Source: Myxococcota bacterium (GTDB lineage: Bacteria > Myxococcota_A > UBA9160 > UBA4427). From it: a DNA stretch of 64,000 nt. Below are positions 59,348 to 64,000 of this stretch, one piece after another. Where the stretch lies: NCBI GenBank assembly GCA_965250285.1, contig OZ252299.1, positions 1,920,001 to 1,984,000 on the forward strand, given 5' to 3'. The position numbers and the translations under genes were made by a program. Position 1 is the stretch's first letter. The number at the start of each line of letters is the position of its first letter. The notes beneath the pieces are model-generated. The model saw only the letters and a program-made list of their open reading frames with translations, was not told the DNA's origin and searched no databases.

Positions 59348-61405
59348 GTGTTGATCCAGACCGACCAGCTGGCACGCCGCATCGGCGGACGCGTGCTCTT
59401 CGAAGGGCTCACGGTCGTCGTGCGCCCCGGCGACCGCATCGGCCTCGTCGGACCGAATGGCGCCGGCAAGTCGACCCTGCTGCGGATCCTCGCCGGCGAC
59501 GACACCGCCGACGCTGGGCGCTGCGACCGCAGCCGGGGCGTACGCGTCGGCCTGCTCAAGCAAGAGATCGACCCGACCTCGAATGCGTCGGTCTTCGAGG
59601 AGGCAGCTTCGGCGCTCGCGCACTTCGATGCCCTCGAGGCCGAGATGCGAGCGCTCGAGGCGCGCATGGCCGAGAGCGAAGGGCACGTGCCCGCCGACGT
59701 CGCTGACCGCTACGACCGCATCAGCACCGAGTACAGCCAGGGCGGCGGGTTCGAGCGCGATGCCGAGGTGGCGCGCGTGCTCGCGGGTCTCGGCTTCGCA
59801 CAGACCGACTTCGACGCGCCGCTCTCGTCGTTCAGCGGCGGCTGGCTGATGCGGGTCGAGCTGGCCAAGCTCTTCCTGTCGCGGCCCGACGTGTTGCTGC
59901 TCGATGAGCCCACGAACCACCTCGACCTGCCCGCCATCGAGTGGTTCGAAGAGGCCATCACCGACCTGCCGGGCGCGATCATCGTGGTGTCGCACGACCG
60001 CTCCTTCCTTCGGCGCCACGCCAATCGCATCATCGATTTCGATGGCCTCGGGAACGCCGAGGTCGACGAGGCCGGCTTCGAGCGGCACCTACAGCTGCGC
60101 GCCGAGCGGCTCGAGCAGCTGCGCGCTCGCAAGGCGAACCAGGATCGCGAGATCGCGCAGATGGAGCGCTTCGTCGAGCGCTTTCGCGCGAAGTCGACCA
60201 AGGCCAAACAGGCGCAGAGCCGCATCAAGGCCCTCGAACGCATCGAACGCATCGAAGTCCCCGAGCAGAACGAGCGCGTGATGCGCATGCGCATCCCCGA
60301 ACCGCCGCGCAGCGGCCAGCAGGTGATGGAGCTCGACGGGGTCTCGAAGGCCTACGACGACAATGTCGTCTACACCGATCTGTCGCTCACCGTGCAGCGC
60401 GGCGAGCGGCTCGCGCTGGTCGGCCCGAACGGCGCCGGCAAGTCGACGCTGCTGCGGATGATCGCCGGCGCACTCGAGCCCGACGCCGGCGAGCGGTTGC
60501 CCGGACACAACGTCGAGGTCGGTTTCTTTGCCCAGCACCAGCTCGAGAGCCTCGACCAGAAGTCGTCGATCCTCGACGAGGTGAGCCGCAGCGCGACGAT
60601 CGACGACGGTCCGCGTCTGCGCAGTCACCTCGGCGCATTTCTTTTCACCGGCGACGACGTCGACAAGAAGGTCGCCGTCCTCTCGGGCGGCGAGAAGGCG
60701 CGGGTCGCGCTCGCGAAGATGCTGCTGCGCCCGGCCAATCTGCTCGTGCTCGACGAGCCGACGAACCACCTCGACCTGCGCTCACGCGAGGTGCTCGAGC
60801 AGGCGCTGGCGAGCTACGCCGGCACGCTCGTGCTCGTGTCCCACGACCGCGACTTCATCAACACGCTCGCGACGCGCGTGCTCGAGGTGCTGCCCGGCCA
60901 CGTCGAGTCGCACCTCGGCAACTACGACGAGTACCTCGCGCGCAAGGCCGCCCGAGAGGCCGCGCAGACGGCACCCCGGCCGACCCCGGCCACGAAGGGC
61001 GCCGCGACGACCCCGGCCAAGGCCGGGCTGGGTGCAGCGGCTGATGCCGGCACGACCCCGAGCGCGAAGCGCCCCCCTTCGTCGCAGCCGCCGGCCTCGA
61101 CTCAGTCCAAGCAGACCCAGCCGAAGCCGACCAAGGAAGAGCGTCAGCGCGCGCGCGAGCGATCGAAGGCTCGAGACCGGGTGAAGCGCCGGATCGAGAA
61201 GCTCGAAGCCGAGATCCAGACGGCCGAGGAGGCGCTCGAAGCGGTCGGCTACCGACTCGCCGATCCCGAGGTCTACGCGAATGCCGAGCGGCTGCTCGAG
61301 GTGCAGGCCGAGCAGCAGGCCGCGCAGGCCGACGTGGACGCGCGCTACCGCGACTGGGAGCGACTCAACGACGAGCTCGCCGCCCTCGACGACGCGCCGG
61401 ACTGA
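59348..61405 (+). CDS. ABC-F family ATPase
   Basis: Two GPNGAGKST, FSGGW/LSGGE, LDEPTNHLD twice, no TM, C-terminal coiled coil. Confidence 0.94.
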   Translation: MLIQTDQLARRIGGRVLFEGLTVVVRPGDRIGLVGPNGAGKSTLLRILAGDDTADAGRCDRSRGVRVGLLKQEIDPTSNASVFEEAASALAHFDALEAEMRALEARMAESEGHVPADVADRYDRISTEYSQGGGFERDAEVARVLAGLGFAQTDFDAPLSSFSGGWLMRVELAKLFLSRPDVLLLDEPTNHLDLPAIEWFEEAITDLPGAIIVVSHDRSFLRRHANRIIDFDGLGNAEVDEAGFERHLQLRAERLEQLRARKANQDREIAQMERFVERFRAKSTKAKQAQSRIKALERIERIEVPEQNERVMRMRIPEPPRSGQQVMELDGVSKAYDDNVVYTDLSLTVQRGERLALVGPNGAGKSTLLRMIAGALEPDAGERLPGHNVEVGFFAQHQLESLDQKSSILDEVSRSATIDDGPRLRSHLGAFLFTGDDVDKKVAVLSGGEKARVALAKMLLRPANLLVLDEPTNHLDLRSREVLEQALASYAGTLVLVSHDRDFINTLATRVLEVLPGHVESHLGNYDEYLARKAAREAAQTAPRPTPATKGAATTPAKAGLGAAADAGTTPSAKRPPSSQPPASTQSKQTQPKPTKEERQRARERSKARDRVKRRIEKLEAEIQTAEEALEAVGYRLADPEVYANAERLLEVQAEQQAAQADVDARYRDWERLNDELAALDDAPD

Positions 61406-63641
61406 GGGCGGCGGCCCGATCCCGCTCGAGCTCGCCCGTCAGCGCAAAATTCACCCAGCCTCTCAGCTGATCCACCGAAACCACCCGAACTTCAATACGT
61501 TTCCCGAGCCCGAGACTCGGCCCGCCCTGGCGGTCGACCCAGCGGTGCGTCGCCGCGTCGAAGTCACTTCCGAGGGGCAACGCGCGGGCCGGGATCAGCC
61601 CTTCGACGAAGGGGTGATCGAGGGTGACGTAGACCCCCTGCTCGCCTGCGCCCGTCACGATGCCTTCGAAATCCTCGCCGAGATGCCGGGCCATGAGCGC
61701 GGCCTTCTTGAGGTCGAGCATGTCACGCTCAGCCGCCACGGCGCGCCGCTCGAGGGCCGAGAGCCGCGTGGCGAGGTGCGCGAGCACGCCTTCGGGCCCC
61801 GGCGCACGCCGCGCGAGCTTCGCCTTCAGCGCGCGATGCACGACGAGATCCGCATAGCGCCGAATCGGGGATGTGAAGTGCAGGTAGTCATCGAACGCGA
61901 GCGCGAAGTGCCCGAGCGGCGTCTCGGCGTAGCGGGCCTGCTTCATCGCGCGCAGCGTCAGCATGTGTACGAGGCGCTCTTCACGGTGCCCGCGCGCCTC
62001 GTCGAGCACGGCCTGCAGTGCGCGGGTGTCGAGCTGCGCCGGGACGGCGTCGAGGAGTCCGACGCGCAGGAAGAGCGCCGCCAGGTCGTCGATGTCCTCG
62101 TCGGCCGGCGGCTCGTGCACACGGTGGATCGTGGCGCGCCCCGCGCCCGTGAGCATCTGGGCGACCGCGCGGTTCGCCGCCAGCATCGCGTCTTCGATCC
62201 CGCGGTGGGCGTCGGTGCGTTCGAAGCGACGGATGTCGCGCACGCGACCGCGGTCGTCGAGATCGACGACCGGCTCGGGCAGCTCGAAGTCGAGGCTCCC
62301 CTCGGCCTGACGCCGCTGTCGAAGCCGCTTCGCGACGGCGCCGAGCCGCTCGACCCCGGCGACGATCTCGGCCTCGAGACCCTCGGGCGGTCGCCCCTCG
62401 AGCACGGCCCAGGCGTCTTCGTACGCGAGTTTCGCATGACTGCGGATCACGGCCTCGAAGAACTCGGGCCGCTTCACACGGCCCGCCCCATCGACCTGCA
62501 GCTTGACGACCATCGCCAGGCGGTCGACGCCGGGCCGAAGCGAGCAGAGGTCGCTCGAGAGCCGCTCGGGCAGCATCGGGATCGCGCGATCGGGGAAGTA
62601 CACACTGTTGCCGCGCCGCTCGGCCTCCCGGTCGAGCGCGGTCCCGGGTCGCACGTAGTGGGCGACGTCCGCGATCGCGACCCACAGGGTGTCGTCGCCA
62701 CGTCGCGCGCCCGGCTCGACGAACACCGCGTCATCGTGATCGCGCGCCGTCGCCGGATCGATCGTGACGAAGGCGCGGTCGCGTAGATCGAGTCGCCCGT
62801 CGAGGGCCCGCTTCGACAGATCGTCGGGCAAGCCGTCGAGCTCGGTCTCGACCCGCTCGGGAAACGCGATCGGCAGCCGACGGTGCCAGGCCACCGCGCG
62901 AAAGTCTGCCTCGGGTTCGCCGGGGTGCCCGAAACGGTCGACGACGCGACCGCTGGGCCAGCTCCGACCCGCGTGGCCGCGACCGCGCCGCGAAGGCGAA
63001 GAAGCCGGCTCGATCTCCACCGCCACGACCTCACCCGGGCGTGCGCCGGCCAGCTGCTTCTCGGGCACGCGCACCCGCCAGCGCGCGTCGTCCCGGTACG
63101 GCGTCACCTCGGCCGCGCCGTGCCCTCGCTCGAGGATGCCGACCATGCGATCGCGCCGGCCGCCGACGACCTGCACGATCTCGGCGCGACCGGCGTCGAC
63201 GTCGCCGATCGGCTGCAGCACCACGCGGTCGCCGACCCCGGCCTCACCGGCGCGGGGCACCCGCCACGTCCGACCGTTTCCCTCGCTCACCGTGGCGCCG
63301 TCGTCTCGGCCGCGCTCACCGTGCAGGCGCACGACCTGGCCCTCGATGCGGCCGTCGCGACGCGGCCGGGCGTATCGTCCCTGGCCCGCTTCGACGATGC
63401 GGCCCGACCGCACCAGCTCATCGAGCTGGCGCGTGAGCCGACGCTGGGCGCCGCCGTGCAGACCGAGCTGGCGCGCGAGGGTGCGAACGTGCACCGGACG
63501 ACCGCGCGCGCTGGCCTCGAGCAGATCGACGATGCGCGTCGCGAGGGCAGCACCCTTGGCCGGCTTGCCCGCCGAGCGGCGACGCCCCCCGCCGCGCTTG
63601 CGCGCCCCTCCGCCCTGCTTGCCTCTCGCCCTGCGCGCCAT
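61365..63641 (-). CDS. rnr: Ribonuclease R (RNB family)
   Basis: TIDPATARDHDDA, IADVAHYV, RGNSVY, CSLRP, HFTSPIRRYADL, S1 domain. Confidence 0.93.
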   Translation of the reverse strand: MARRARGKQGGGARKRGGGRRRSAGKPAKGAALATRIVDLLEASARGRPVHVRTLARQLGLHGGAQRRLTRQLDELVRSGRIVEAGQGRYARPRRDGRIEGQVVRLHGERGRDDGATVSEGNGRTWRVPRAGEAGVGDRVVLQPIGDVDAGRAEIVQVVGGRRDRMVGILERGHGAAEVTPYRDDARWRVRVPEKQLAGARPGEVVAVEIEPASSPSRRGRGHAGRSWPSGRVVDRFGHPGEPEADFRAVAWHRRLPIAFPERVETELDGLPDDLSKRALDGRLDLRDRAFVTIDPATARDHDDAVFVEPGARRGDDTLWVAIADVAHYVRPGTALDREAERRGNSVYFPDRAIPMLPERLSSDLCSLRPGVDRLAMVVKLQVDGAGRVKRPEFFEAVIRSHAKLAYEDAWAVLEGRPPEGLEAEIVAGVERLGAVAKRLRQRRQAEGSLDFELPEPVVDLDDRGRVRDIRRFERTDAHRGIEDAMLAANRAVAQMLTGAGRATIHRVHEPPADEDIDDLAALFLRVGLLDAVPAQLDTRALQAVLDEARGHREERLVHMLTLRAMKQARYAETPLGHFALAFDDYLHFTSPIRRYADLVVHRALKAKLARRAPGPEGVLAHLATRLSALERRAVAAERDMLDLKKAALMARHLGEDFEGIVTGAGEQGVYVTLDHPFVEGLIPARALPLGSDFDAATHRWVDRQGGPSLGLGKRIEVRVVSVDQLRGWVNFALTGELERDRAAALSPARRRGRRARR

Positions 63642-63786
63642 CGCGCGGAGCTTCGCAGACGTTCGCCTCGACGGCGACGCGTGTCGGCCAACCGACGGCG
63701 CGACCTCGGCCGAGTCGCAACCTCAGGCGGCGACCGACGACGCGTTGACGGGGCTGCCACGTCGCCGTAAGTTCCCGGCCCGCCGT

Positions 63787-63873
63787 GCCCGGGTGGCGGA
63801 ATTGGTAGACGCGCTAGATTCAGGTTCTAGTGTTCGCAAGGACGTGCTGGTTCGACTCCAGTCCCGGGCACCA
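63787..63873 (+). tRNA. tRNA-Leu(CAG)
   Basis: GCCCGGG acceptor stem, anticodon arm CTAGA-TTCAGGT-TCTAG, long variable arm, GTTCGAC T-loop, encoded CCA. Confidence 0.96.
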
Positions 63874-63909
63874 TCCCCTCTCCAGTCCTGATCTGCAGAC
63901 CACGCCCCC

Positions 63910-63999
63910 TCATGGGCCGAGCGGCGCCACCTCGTACGCATCCGCGTCGGGCTCGGCGAGCGTCGCCGTGAACGCCGACATCGTATCGGGCCACTGCGT
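63910..63999 (-). CDS. 3' end of a gene entering from the right edge (possibly a flavin monooxygenase C-terminus)
   Basis: TQWPDTMSAFTATLAEPDADAYEVAPLGP*; only 29 codons visible. Confidence 0.3.
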   Translation of the reverse strand, partial: TQWPDTMSAFTATLAEPDADAYEVAPLGP

Positions 64000-64000
64000 C

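Noticed and set aside
61365..61405. 41-bp convergent overlap of ABC-F and rnr as antisense regulation
   Set aside because: Short 3' overlaps are common in GC-rich genomes and there is no further support
63787..64000. tRNA-Leu as an integration site for an island
   Set aside because: No integrase, att duplication or composition shift is visible in the window

Overview
High-GC (roughly 70%) bacterial chromosome segment, most consistent with Myxococcota/deltaproteobacteria (pilBTC-pilSR-pilM locus, RomR, MglA-like GTPase). It is gene-dense core genome with no integrase, transposase or CRISPR array. Contents in order: type IV pilus locus lacking pilA, with a degenerate inverted PilR2-like regulator; ribF; hflKC-slipin-nfeD; coaBC/pgm/coaD/rsmD; a ~0.94 kb hairpin-rich intergenic region before a small XRE protein; a peptidoglycan turnover/recycling cluster (SLT, DacB, SpmAB fusion, AmgK, MurU, MBL hydrolase, AnmK); a GT4/methyltransferase cluster; a membrane protein with a RelE-like C-terminus; a signalling block (RR, HK, Fis-like HTH, sigma54 activator, FliA, PP2C, RomR); nadC-birA-coaX; MglA-like plus GAF/degenerate GGDEF genes; ald; Rrf2-JAB-TolB-like-sat; ABC-F; rnr; tRNA-Leu(CAG). 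The most striking signal is a sigma28-type promoter motif (TCAA/TAAA-N16-[G/A/T]CCGAT) with identical spacing in front of six to eight transcription units, mostly pilus, polarity and signalling genes, while fliA itself has a sigma54 promoter and no flagellar genes are in the window. This suggests a sigma54 -> FliA -> type IV pilus/polarity cascade. All calls are by eye from motifs; no database search was run.
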